A DNA stretch of 64,000 nucleotides, taken from Eukaryota sp. TZLM1-RC. Its lineage: Eukaryota; Protista; Metamonada: BaSk clade. This document shows positions 1 to 9,934 of this stretch, in pieces. Where the stretch lies: contig JAUPSS010000004.1 in the NCBI GenBank assembly GCA_040285825.1, positions 1,455,485 to 1,519,484 of the forward strand. The letters run 5' to 3'. The position numbers and the translations under genes are program-made. Each line of letters begins with the position of its first letter. Within the stretch, counting starts at the first letter, position 1. The notes beneath the pieces were generated by a model. The model made no database searches. It saw only the letters and a program-made list of their open reading frames with translations, and was not told the DNA's origin.

Positions 1-365
1 TCTAAAGTTTCAAATAAAAACACCATATCAGTAATTTTTATTCAAATCAAGAGTTTACTGGTCCACCAGTCTGTCATGTCAGAGTTTACGACAACAGTTG
101 ATGGCTTATTCCCATATTCTTTCAGCATCAATTTCACGTTTGGTTTTTGAAATTGACAACATAATGTTACCTGTACTTCAACCATTTGGTTCTATGGGTT
201 TAATTACTCTTGTTTTAGTGGAGCTGGTGGGACTTAAATAGACTCACAACAAAGTGATGTTACAGGTTACGTGTCAATTCTTTTGCTTTGGTTTGTAAAG
301 CGATTTAGATTGTAAATCAATCGTTTTTTGGTTATATACTATTGACACTATGAACCAATAAAATG

Positions 366-424
366 AACCCTAACCCCAACCAATATTGCCCTAACCCTAA
401 CCCTTCAACGAACTAACCTAGCCC
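366..424 (+). repeat. Degenerate interstitial telomere-like (CCCTAA)n tract
   Basis: aaccctaaccccaacc...gccctaaccctaaccc...aactaacctagccct: three exact CCCTAA units plus variants. Confidence 0.4.
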
Positions 425-1442
425 TTTATAATGACATTTTTTTTCAAATTGTTTTTTTTTTTTCAAATTTTTTCATTTGTCAAGCTGCTGAAGAAATTTG
501 GACTGTATTTGCTGGAGATTAATTTAAGTTCATCAAGTTTTTCTGGTATCTGATCACTGTCGATGATCGAAAAAAAATCCAAAAAATGAGATCCATTCCT
601 AATGTTGTATTTATAATGAACAATTAGTTAGGTTTTTCGGAAAGTCTTGCAGAATATTTCAAATGATTATAAAGCAAAGTTAGTTTGAACAATGACTCTG
701 CATTTGAGTTTAAAAGCAAAATTATTTATCACTCAATTTTTGGGTATTTCTAACCAGCAATGTAAAGTTCAAATTACAGTACAAAAGTACATTTGTTGAA
801 TATTTTTAGCTTTGAGATTTATTACTAAATAATTGAGACTATCCGAATTAGACTTCCAAAAATCTTCCATAATGTCTTTCTCAGCACATTTTATTATTGT
901 GTTTGACGAAGCAGATGGAGTCGTCACATACTTTAATCTCATTTTAATTGGATTTCTGTAGTTTTTGGTGGGTTTTTACATTGCAAAGTTTTATATAAGC
1001 AATTTGCTTTACATTAACTCTTGTTAAAACTATTTGGTTAGAGAGATTGTTCAACACCTTATACAATCGGAAACATTTCAACAAAAACAATTAAAAATAA
1101 ATAAAAAAATATTAAAAAAATTATTCCATTTATTAAATAAACTGAATTCACTACAATTATACAACTTACTAAACTTAAACCAAATCCTCACCAAAATTCT
1201 TGAAATAGACTCTGTTGCTGAGCCAACAACTTGCCCAATTCTGAAGTCTCACTTTTTTCCGCCCTTTTCTCCACATTTTCAACTTTTTCCGCCACTTTAT
1301 CCGCCATTGGAACCGTTTCTGGCTCTGTCAAAACCTCAGTTGTTTCCAATCTTGCAGCTCTATCTCTTGCTTGTTTTAAGCGTCGAAATTCCTCCTGAGA
1401 AGCCATTTTGGTTCTCTTGAGACCTAGAATTAGCACCAAATT

Positions 1443-2165
1443 TTAAAAATTTCGCAACACACGCTTTGAATAAGCCAAACCACAAGCATTACATAGAGTT
1501 TTAGGTCCATCCGGCCCTTTTCTCCATTCTGGAGTTTCAGTAGTTCCACAGCGATGGCAATAGTGACTCTCCATTGCCTTTTTTGGTCTTTTTAATGGTG
1601 GTTTTTCTGCAGAAACGGGCCTTCTCTTCTTTCTTGGCGAGGTTTCAATAAGCTCGTCGTAATCAATATCGGCTCCATAAATCTCTTCATCCGGCAAGTA
1701 CTCTTCTTCTTTCAATGCCGTCCCCACCGATGTTGCTTCTGATAATTCTTTGGTGACTCTTCCTTTTCTGGTTCTTTTGTAGGGTTCCGTGTAGATTTCG
1801 GTAATGTCGGTTTGAGTGGTGGTAGTCTCCAATCCTTCAGGTGAAATCAAGGAGAGTTCGTCATTGAGATTGTACAAGTTTCCCAGAAACTTATGCACGT
1901 GACCAATCAAATGATGACGTGAAGAGCTTCCATAGTTGCCAGACAACAACTGCTGAATTAATGAATTCAATACTTTGACATCTTCAATTATTTTGTTTGC
2001 ACTTGTGGTGGTCTCAAAAATGGTGCGCTGGTCTGAAAGAACTGGGGCAGTGGCAATACGAGATTTCTTTTTGATCGGTGAGGTATCCGGGGTGGTGTAG
2101 GCATTGGCTAGGTGAGTGAGAGCTTCAAAGGAAGTGAATGCGGAATGCGGAGAGGAAGATGACAT
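1443..2165 (-). CDS. GATA-type zinc-finger transcription factor
   Basis: 240-aa ATG ORF with C-terminal [27 protein letters not shown] (CX2CX18CX2C), preceded by basic NLS-like PRKKRR/KRPKK. Confidence 0.92.
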   Translation of the reverse strand: MSSSSPHSAFTSFEALTHLANAYTTPDTSPIKKKSRIATAPVLSDQRTIFETTTSANKIIEDVKVLNSLIQQLLSGNYGSSSRHHLIGHVHKFLGNLYNLNDELSLISPEGLETTTTQTDITEIYTEPYKRTRKGRVTKELSEATSVGTALKEEEYLPDEEIYGADIDYDELIETSPRKKRRPVSAEKPPLKRPKKAMESHYCHRCGTTETPEWRKGPDGPKTLCNACGLAYSKRVLRNF

Positions 2166-2701
2166 TGAGAATCGTGATCGATGATGTGATTTGATTGGTT
2201 AATTTGATTGAGGGAGGAAGTTAGTAGATTTCAATGAGATCTGGGCTTGATGTTTGGAAGATTTTTAGAGGCTAACCCAAAGTAGATATCAGAGTATAAG
2301 GTATCAGACGAAGATTTTATCCAAGTGAAAACGATAAGTTGCCAATAGAAGTTTGTAATGGATGAAGAACAGTCTAAACCACACAGTGGAAAAAACAAGC
2401 ATGGGCAAGGAGATTTGATAGTCAAGGTACGGAGACCAAAGAGAAGACGCAGTAATGGAGCCAAGGAGTCAAAGAAGGTAGCAACACCATGAGGACGTTG
2501 GCTTGTTTGAGATCAAATCTTCAAAATAAAACTGATGACCAAGAACTGATGATCTTCAGTCTTTTGTTTTTATTCTTTATTTTTTATTTTTTATTTTTAC
2601 TTTTTATTTTTAGTTTTTATTTTTCACTGGTCAAGACGAGTATGTGTAATGACCATTTTCACAGATTAAGTTTTTTAAGCTATATTTATTTATTAGAAAA
2701 C

Positions 2702-2887
2702 TTATAAATCAACATCTAAAAAAATCCATCTCTCCCAAAACAAAAACTCTAGATGCAACTCTCTCCTAGTGATTATTTTACATCAGAAACCATCTTCAAC
2801 ATCCCCTTAAAAATAGAAAACACAATTCTATTTTGCCAAAACAATCTGTTGAAATTTCTGTTAGTTCTTCTCTTTACAACCATTTCA
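2702..2887 (-). mobile_element. 3' end fragment of RLE non-LTR retrotransposon (same family as 7582-7778)
   Basis: 2795-2887 is nearly identical to 7685-7777 (FWQNRIVFSIFKG motif); A-rich tail on the minus strand at about 2560-2700. Confidence 0.7.
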
Positions 2888-3633
2888 AAATGTGTCAAAA
2901 ATACGAAATTATTTTATTTTTAAAATTATAATATTTCCAGAGGTGAAACCCGAGCAAAATTTAATCATTTGGTCATCCGTATCAGTCAGATAATGTCAGA
3001 TAGATGTTTGGGACCTGTTAATCAATAAGGCTATCAGATTTGCTTGAAAACGTTGATGTACTATCAGATTCTCTCAAAACATTGATCAATGGAATACTGC
3101 AATTAATTATAGCTAGATAAATAAATATTGTTGTGAACTTTGTCAACATTGAAAACTTAAATGTTTATTATCATTTTTCCAATTGTTGATGATAAGGGCA
3201 TTGAAGTTTGATTTCTTCAGATTCCACAAAACTCGACATCAGTAAAATGTATTTGGTGTATTTGGTGTGGTTGATACTGTTCATAATTAAAGGAGGTGCA
3301 TGATGATTGAGGACAATAATGTATTTATTAAAAGATTTAGCAAAGAAAGTCAGTGACAATGAGACTAATTTTGGTTCTTTTATCAGATAGAAACCATGAA
3401 AGTTCAATCCCACCTAATGATTAATTAATTAATGATTAATTCGGATGGGTAGTTGGATGGGTAGGTAATGGAATACTCTTTCAAAAACACATAATCTCTG
3501 TGATCTTGGTCAAACGAGGAATGATGGTTTCAACTCCAAAAAACCTTTAATAAATCCTGAATACATTATCAAAAAGTATCGTATTCAAGTTGTATAAGAT
3601 TAAAAGCAAGGTTGTCACTTTAAGGAACTCATA

Positions 3634-4536
3634 CTATAGATACACTTCGATTGTACGGCCGAGTCCTTCTAAATATTCTGCAATGTCCAAATCACCACAA
3701 TTATGGTCCAGCTTGATGGTTGTCAAGGTTTTATTTAACTTTAAAGAGTCAACAATTGCAATCAAACCATCATTCTCAATGCAGTTATGGCTCAGATCAA
3801 GAAATGTGAGGGATTGATTAACCATGAGAGATTCAGCAAGAGCCAATGCAGAGTTATTCGTGATCCCAGTTCCTCCAATTCCTAAGACGGTCAGCGACGT
3901 ATTGACCATTAGTGAATTGGCTATGGCCTCAACTGCCTTATCTCCTAAACAATTATTACCTAAATGCAAGGTTTCGAGTGTCTTATTATCTACTAGAGCC
4001 TCTGCAAACGCCAACCCTCCTTTACTTCCTATATCATTGTCATCTAGTCCAAGATAACTTATGGCTGAGTTGTATTTTAAGGAATTCGCAATGGCAATCG
4101 CTCCATTATCATTTGAGATTGTACTGATCAGATTAGCACTCAAAAATAACTGCTTCAATGTATTGTTGTTGAGAATCGACTGTGCGATTCCTTCTGCTCC
4201 AACAGGTCCAATATAATTCCCATAAAAAGCAAGACATTCAAGTGTGTGGTTCAATGCCAAACCATTAGCTATTGCCAGAGCACCTTCATGACCTATCTGG
4301 GTTGCACCTAGATTGAGAGAGGTCACAGGTAGGTTTAAAGACAACATCTGTTCAATGGCTCCAACTTCAGCTTTATTCAACTCTATCCAACTGAGATTGA
4401 GTTGAGAACATCCATCGAATATTTGATCAATTGCATCAAGTATGTAGTCATTGAGATCGGTGAGGGAAACAATAGACTTTAAGTGTTCTAGAAAAGATTC
4501 CTTTGATAATAAATGATTCACATGTGAAGAGAACAT
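3634..4536 (-). CDS. Ribonuclease-inhibitor-like leucine-rich-repeat protein
   Basis: 300-aa ATG ORF with 28-aa LRRs of the type LxxNxTLxxLxLxxNxIGxxGAxAIA. Confidence 0.92.
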   Translation of the reverse strand: MFSSHVNHLLSKESFLEHLKSIVSLTDLNDYILDAIDQIFDGCSQLNLSWIELNKAEVGAIEQMLSLNLPVTSLNLGATQIGHEGALAIANGLALNHTLECLAFYGNYIGPVGAEGIAQSILNNNTLKQLFLSANLISTISNDNGAIAIANSLKYNSAISYLGLDDNDIGSKGGLAFAEALVDNKTLETLHLGNNCLGDKAVEAIANSLMVNTSLTVLGIGGTGITNNSALALAESLMVNQSLTFLDLSHNCIENDGLIAIVDSLKLNKTLTTIKLDHNCGDLDIAEYLEGLGRTIEVYL

Positions 4537-4544
4537 GTTAATTA

Positions 4545-4665
4545 AAGGTACTGTGTGTAGTGCTCAGTTTTCAAAGTGTTGTTTGAATTGTGGGAAACAT
4601 TTGTTTATGTGGGACATTCCCATAATTGCACGATGTATTTTCGTGCGGAACAATTACATAGACTA
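4545..4665 (-). ncRNA. Candidate Fanzor omega-RNA scaffold / element right end
   Basis: Directly 3' of the Fanzor stop codon. Stems: GCACGA/TCGTGC (4628-33/4641-46) extended by TAATT/AATTA; TGGGA/TCCCA (4610-14/4618-22); TTCAAA/TTTGAA (4570-75/4582-87). The position matches where TnpB/Fanzor omega-RNAs are encoded; the RNA identity is inference. Confidence 0.4.
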
Positions 4666-5145
4666 ACTTTTACTCAAATAATGAGGCCTTTCTATACCTC
4701 TCATTCTCGCTTCAGCAATCGCAAACATATTCAGAAATACCAACTTATTTCTATTTAATAGGTTTCTTTCACCATTGTTACTTGATTTACAATTATCATT
4801 ATTGCAAGCTAATAAATCATGGCATGTAGTGCCGGCTTTTTTTTCTCTCTGATAAAATCCTGGATTTTTGACTTTCAAGAAAGCTCCCACTCTTTCAAAA
4901 CAAACAGGACATTTTGCTGAAGTTAATGCTTCATTGATCATCAATACTTCAAAACCATTTCTCTACAGAAACTGAATCCATCCAGTTCTTCTAGTAGGCC
5001 AATGACGTTTTAAATTCTTGGAACCATATTTACCATAATCACCCATTAGAATTAAAATGTCTTTGGGATGCCAAGCTTTTGAACAAAGCTGTTTAACAAC
5101 CAACTTTCATTCTGTTGCTTGTGAATAAAAGCTTGCATATTATGA
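4663..5145 (-). pseudogene. Fanzor1 (TnpB-like RNA-guided nuclease) C-terminal fragment
   Basis: Manual translation: NMQAFIHKQQNESWLLNSFVQKLG/fs/HPKDILILMGDYGKYGSKNLKRHWPTRRTGWIQFL*RNGFEVLMINEALTSAKCPVC...CHDLLACNNDNC...LLNRNKLVFLNMFAIAEARMRGIERPHYLSKS. Covers the bridge helix, RuvC-II (E in INEALTS), 4-Cys Zn finger, RuvC-III (NRD changed to NRN) and terminal RPxYL motif. Confidence 0.85.
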
Positions 5146-5383
5146 ATGCTCCACAAGTCAATTCTATATTCTATTGTCAAATATATATAAATATTGCCAA
5201 AGTTTGGCAACCACAAGGTTTGAGAACTCTGAAATGGTTGCGGAATTCTGTAGCTAAAACCTCACATTTATTCTTATCAAATTAGATTTGATTCGCCATA
5301 AGAACCCCTCTTTTTGAACTATTCGCCTTCAAGTAATGAAGAAACGGTTTCTGAAAAAATAACAAAAACAAAATTTATAGAGA

Positions 5384-6268
5384 CTATTGAGGAATATCTA
5401 CCAAATCTACAAAATCCAAACCTCTCAATTGATCTAGCATATCAACTATTCCAACATCCAAAACTTCAGCATCATCAGCCTTACACCAATCATAATACTC
5501 TTGGAGAAAGGCAATAATCCGGGATGCAGGAACCTGGTCAACATTGGAATCTACACAAACGGTGAGCATATACTCTTCTTCAAGGCAGGGCTTCTTGCGG
5601 TACTCCTGAGGAAGGTAATACTCGAAAGCGAGGCGGCGAAAACCCTTGGAACTCCAAAATCCACGAGCAGAACCACTATAGGGATCAAGACTTACTTCAG
5701 CGAAATAGAGAGGTTTCTCAGCAAACTTACCATCTACATGAATCATACTATCCTTCCATACTCTGGAGGCTAGTCCTTGACGCTTGTAATCAGAATGAGT
5801 GGCAAGATAACCAATGAGCACACATTCGTTATGAGGAAATACATCAATTGAAACACCACATACAACCTGGTTCTCCTCATTTGTAATGAGAGAAACATGG
5901 CAATGTGGCTGAGTTTCATCATAATGGCTGAGATGAACACACTCATTTTCAACAGGATCATCCTTAAATGTTGTCCGAAGCAAACTAATCCAGCCAGGCG
6001 CGAGTTCTTTACGCTGCGGAAGGGTAGCATACTTGTACTTGGCATCTGTGAGATCTAATGGCAATGAAACCTGCTTGTTTGGGAGTACCAATGTTGACCC
6101 AAACGTACTCGGTTTTTTCTTACGCTTCTTTACACCACGGGAACAGCCTGTGATTTCTGAGGAAGAAGAACCGTCATTCTGGAACATAAAACAGCTGGAG
6201 GTAGAGAGCAACAAGAGGAGAGTAAAATGGATTACTGGTTCGCATCTTTCAATTTGATGTCCTTTCAT
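5384..6268 (-). CDS. GNAT-family acetyltransferase
   Basis: 294-aa ORF with acetyl-CoA motif A YLATHSDYKRQGLAS and motif B ARGFWSSKGF; true start may be downstream (MFQND). Confidence 0.85.
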   Translation of the reverse strand: MKGHQIERCEPVIHFTLLLLLSTSSCFMFQNDGSSSSEITGCSRGVKKRKKKPSTFGSTLVLPNKQVSLPLDLTDAKYKYATLPQRKELAPGWISLLRTTFKDDPVENECVHLSHYDETQPHCHVSLITNEENQVVCGVSIDVFPHNECVLIGYLATHSDYKRQGLASRVWKDSMIHVDGKFAEKPLYFAEVSLDPYSGSARGFWSSKGFRRLAFEYYLPQEYRKKPCLEEEYMLTVCVDSNVDQVPASRIIAFLQEYYDWCKADDAEVLDVGIVDMLDQLRGLDFVDLVDIPQ

Positions 6269-6754
6269 GTTCAGTAATCATTTTGTTTCCTGAATTGTTT
6301 TGGTTTAAATTTTAATTATATAGTGCAAAATGTCTGAGTTAAATCATTCATAAAACAGTATTAGCTACATTACCATTAGTATCTGGGAATTCTTCTGGGA
6401 AACTTATTTCTAGCAAAAACCTATTTTATTCAAACGAAATTGTTAAAAACTAAAAATCAATTTTTACGATCTCCACGTCTACCATTGAAAATTTATCTAC
6501 AGCATTTTCTTCATAAAACAATACAGCAATAAGATTAGTGTATGAGTCAACAAATATTTAATCTCAATTATTCTCTATACCCTCAAACCAGACCATATAA
6601 CGACAAGTTACATTAACAAGACTAATGCAAACCCACATACTACAAGAGATCAGCTGCAATATGATCAGTTGCATAATGTTGATAACGCAATATATTGTGT
6701 GAAGATCAAAAATCTGAATAATTCTGTTGACTGCCAACTTCCAACCTCCATTTG

Positions 6755-7450
6755 ATGGATTCCCGAAAAAGGATATTGAGCTATGAAATCATAAGCCAAC
6801 ACTTCAACAAGCCTTTGCAACAGGCTGCCGCACTGCTTGGTATTGGCAGAACAACGCTGAAGCAACGTTGTCGTGAATTAGGAATCCCAAAATGGCCTTA
6901 TGTACGTCGTTACCGTAAGACTAGTGAGACATCCGAGAATCCCGCTCTATCGACACCTCCCCTGCAACCTGCTCCAGTTCGAATGTTTAACCCATACCAC
7001 AATGTTCCTTCCCATTGTTCTACCCCTGTAGTTAGCCCAGTACCGTCATGGGTGGTGAAGCCTCCCACGCCGACGTGTAACCTGGTGTTTACGGGAGACA
7101 ATGGACCTGTGGAGGTCGGGACGACCAACCATGTTGCTGCATACATCAGGGACCTGAACTATATATCCTTCTTCACTGTGTGTCATCTTAACGAACCAGC
7201 TTACTTTAGGAAGAACCGGGCTGTCCATTTCCTCATTACGGATATCGCTGTGCGTAGATGTCCAGTTTTATTGTGTTTATTGTCAAGTTATTGCCATTTG
7301 TTTGGCTTTTTTTGTAAATATTTATTTTTAGTGTTTTGTTGTGGTCAACAATATCCAACAGTTGCAACCTGTTCTTTTGAAACATATATCTTTTTGTTGA
7401 AACATACAATTCATCCTCATTGTGTGCAAACATTTGTTGATACAAGTTAG
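6755..7450 (+). CDS. RWP-RK domain transcription factor (3' end uncertain)
   Basis: LSYEIISQHFNKPLQQAAALLGIGRTTLKQRCRELGIPKWPYVRR is an RWP-RK signature; ATG at 6755; Pro-rich region follows. Confidence 0.85.
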   Translation: MDSRKRILSYEIISQHFNKPLQQAAALLGIGRTTLKQRCRELGIPKWPYVRRYRKTSETSENPALSTPPLQPAPVRMFNPYHNVPSHCSTPVVSPVPSWVVKPPTPTCNLVFTGDNGPVEVGTTNHVAAYIRDLNYISFFTVCHLNEPAYFRKNRAVHFLITDIAVRRCPVLLCLLSSYCHLFGFFCKYLFLVFCCGQQYPTVATCSFETYIFLLKHTIHPHCVQTFVDTS

Positions 7451-7484
7451 CTTATCTGTGTGATCATCAACTCAAAAGTGTCAC

Positions 7485-8958
7485 AGTTTCTTTTTTTTCC
7501 TTTTTTTTCACAAAAGTTTCTTTTTTTTTCATTTTTTTTCACAAAAGTTTCTTTTGTTTACATTACATTATTTATTAAAACTTATAAATCAACAGCCAAA
7601 TAATCCGTATCTCCCAAAACAATTCTAATAGATGTACCCCTCTCATAGTGAGATCCAAGAGAACGCAAAGCATCAGAAATCGACTTCAACATCCCCTTAA
7701 AAATAGAAAACACAATTCTATTTTGCCAAAACAATCTGTTGAAATTTCTGTTAGTTCTTCTCTTTACAATCATTTCAAGCTCTGCCAAAAAACGTATAGT
7801 CGTTTGAGCAAGTGAACCAAAAAGAGAAAAAAGAAATTGATACAAACTGAATTTTGCATGCTGTTGACTGGACAATTGAGACAATGGTTCTTTGTATTGT
7901 TTGATTTTAAAATTCTCAGCATTTGAAAGATGATTAAGAATTTCAGAATTCGCAAGTTTTTAATTTGAAACATTACAAGGATCAACAGACATTACATCCA
8001 ATAAAATGAAGCTTTCATCTAATTTAGGTTATATTAAATCACCTCAATTATTCTTGTGAAAATTATCTTCAGAATCAAACAAATTTGACAACAGAGGTTC
8101 CAAAAAAAGATTCAATTCTATGAGACTTGCACATACAATATAATGGGTCTCTAACAGCAGCATGAACCTTGCTTCTAAAAGTAATAAAATGTTTACAATT
8201 TAACAAATGAGTAATTGTAATCTTTCGAGAACATTTACAAATTTAATTATGAGGTATAATATCTGGCCAGATAAAGGAACGAACTTTCTTATTCAAAATC
8301 CAAGCAGAATCAGTTAAGAGAGTGCCATAAACTTTAGGAATTGTTGTTACTTAGGCAGAAGAAGTACTGTCACACATATCTTGTAAAAGATTTGCAAAAG
8401 CGGGATTCTGTTTCTTGGCCATGCCAAATCTAACATCAAATTTCAAGCTTTCAAATATCTTGGACAACTTTTGTTGAAGGTTTTTACAACAAAACTGTCA
8501 ATTCAAACGAGATCAGTTGGGAATTTTTTGAATTGATTAGGAAAAACATTTAATATAGTTCAACTTTTCAAACAAATCTATGGTGATTTCAACATTATTT
8601 CTTAAAAACGGACCCAAATGACGGATAAAATTAAATGAATATAACTTGGCTTGAATTTGCTTTTCAATACCATCAACTATTTTAGGAACTGTAGAATTCA
8701 ATAGTAAAACACATTTAGTTAAGTAAAGTCGAAGGCCTACTTTGTTATATAAATCTGTAAAAAACATACAATTGCTTCCCTAAAAATCTGTAAGCCATCT
8801 AACAACATCATCATGGAAGAACAACATCATCCATATAAGCAATCATTATTAACGAAGGAAACATCTCATGAATTTGTGATAAAATAGGATGAATTGCGAA
8901 ACAACACAAAAGGAGTCCTAAAGGATCTACTTGCTTTAAACCACTTGATGAACACAAA
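7485..8958 (-). mobile_element. Degenerate, internally deleted CRE-like non-LTR retrotransposon (RT + RLE)
   Basis: SSSGLKQVDPLG and AYMDD RT motifs (8811-8958); C-terminal FSLFGSLA...FWQNRIVFSIFKG; A-rich tandem tail at 7485-7560; many stops. Confidence 0.85.
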
Positions 8959-9819
8959 ATGGCATTACAAAAACGCAAGTTAGAATTTGTGCTACATGTT
9001 GAACGGAAATACGGTAATTGGATTAATAATTGCATAAAACATTTAAAAATAGAAAATCCTACTAGTCAACAAATTGTTGATTCTGTAATTCAAAGACGAA
9101 AATCAAAAATAATTTTAATCAATTTTCATCACCTCTTATCCGAAGAATATATATAAGTTTCATGATGCTAGTTCATTCGCTAGTTATACTATTTTTGATC
9201 AATCTGTTGAGTTTCCAGCAATTGACATCATCTATATCATCAAAAAGTGTCATTTAGAATAACATGATTTTGAAAGAAAAATTGTAAATATTATGTTGGA
9301 ATATGATTATCCTTTTCCCAACCATCATTAATTTTAACAACCAATGATGTAAAATAGTGTTCCAATTTGGGTAAGATGAAACTGAAATGTTTAATCAATT
9401 ATGTATCTGATTGGGAGATTTACTTCAAAAGGCACCACTTGATATATTAATCAAATTCAGCAATACATTTGATAGATTTTATAGTATTTGCGAAATATTA
9501 AATCAAAAACAATTTGAATTATTGCATAAATGTTGTTTTAACAATAGAACATTAATCAATGTATATGATTTACCTGATGATGATTTTGTTGAATTATTAT
9601 TGAAATTTAAAAATTCTATTTCAAATTAATAAATATAAAGCAAAGAATGATGTCACTATTCGAGTATTGAGAAAAATAAACATAAATAGATATTGAATGA
9701 AAATGGCTGGGAATAAAATTCCATTTGCAGATAAATTAATTGAACAATTAACAAAGAATATAAATGTAAAAGTTCAAAATTAAAGTTTATCTGAACGATT
9801 GTTGAATCAAATGATATTC

Positions 9820-9898
9820 TGTTGGCGCCCTAAGGCTTATATAATACGAATAGAAAATAATTCAGACTTTTCTTTACTACAATAGACTTTAGCCAACA
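9820..9898 (+). repeat. Candidate 79-bp 5' LTR of gypsy element
   Basis: Begins TGTTGGC and ends GCCAACA (perfect 7-bp terminal inverted repeat, TG...CA); internal TATATAA; gag ATG at 9935; no 3' LTR in the window to confirm. Confidence 0.6.
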
Positions 9899-9934
9899 AT
9901 AATTATTGGCCATTTTAAAGTCAACAGGTATTCC

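Noticed and set aside
1034-1439. ORFs 1034-1420 (+) and 1188-1439 (-)
   Set aside because: Non-ATG starts and no domain; the minus one may be a gene fragment but cannot be assigned
6195-6235. 41-nt GT-AG pyrimidine-rich segment near the GNAT 5' end (minus strand)
   Set aside because: Could be a 5' intron, but the ORF is open without splicing and no upstream in-frame ATG supports it
8959-9819. Broken plus-strand coding-like sequence upstream of the gypsy element
   Set aside because: No recognisable motif
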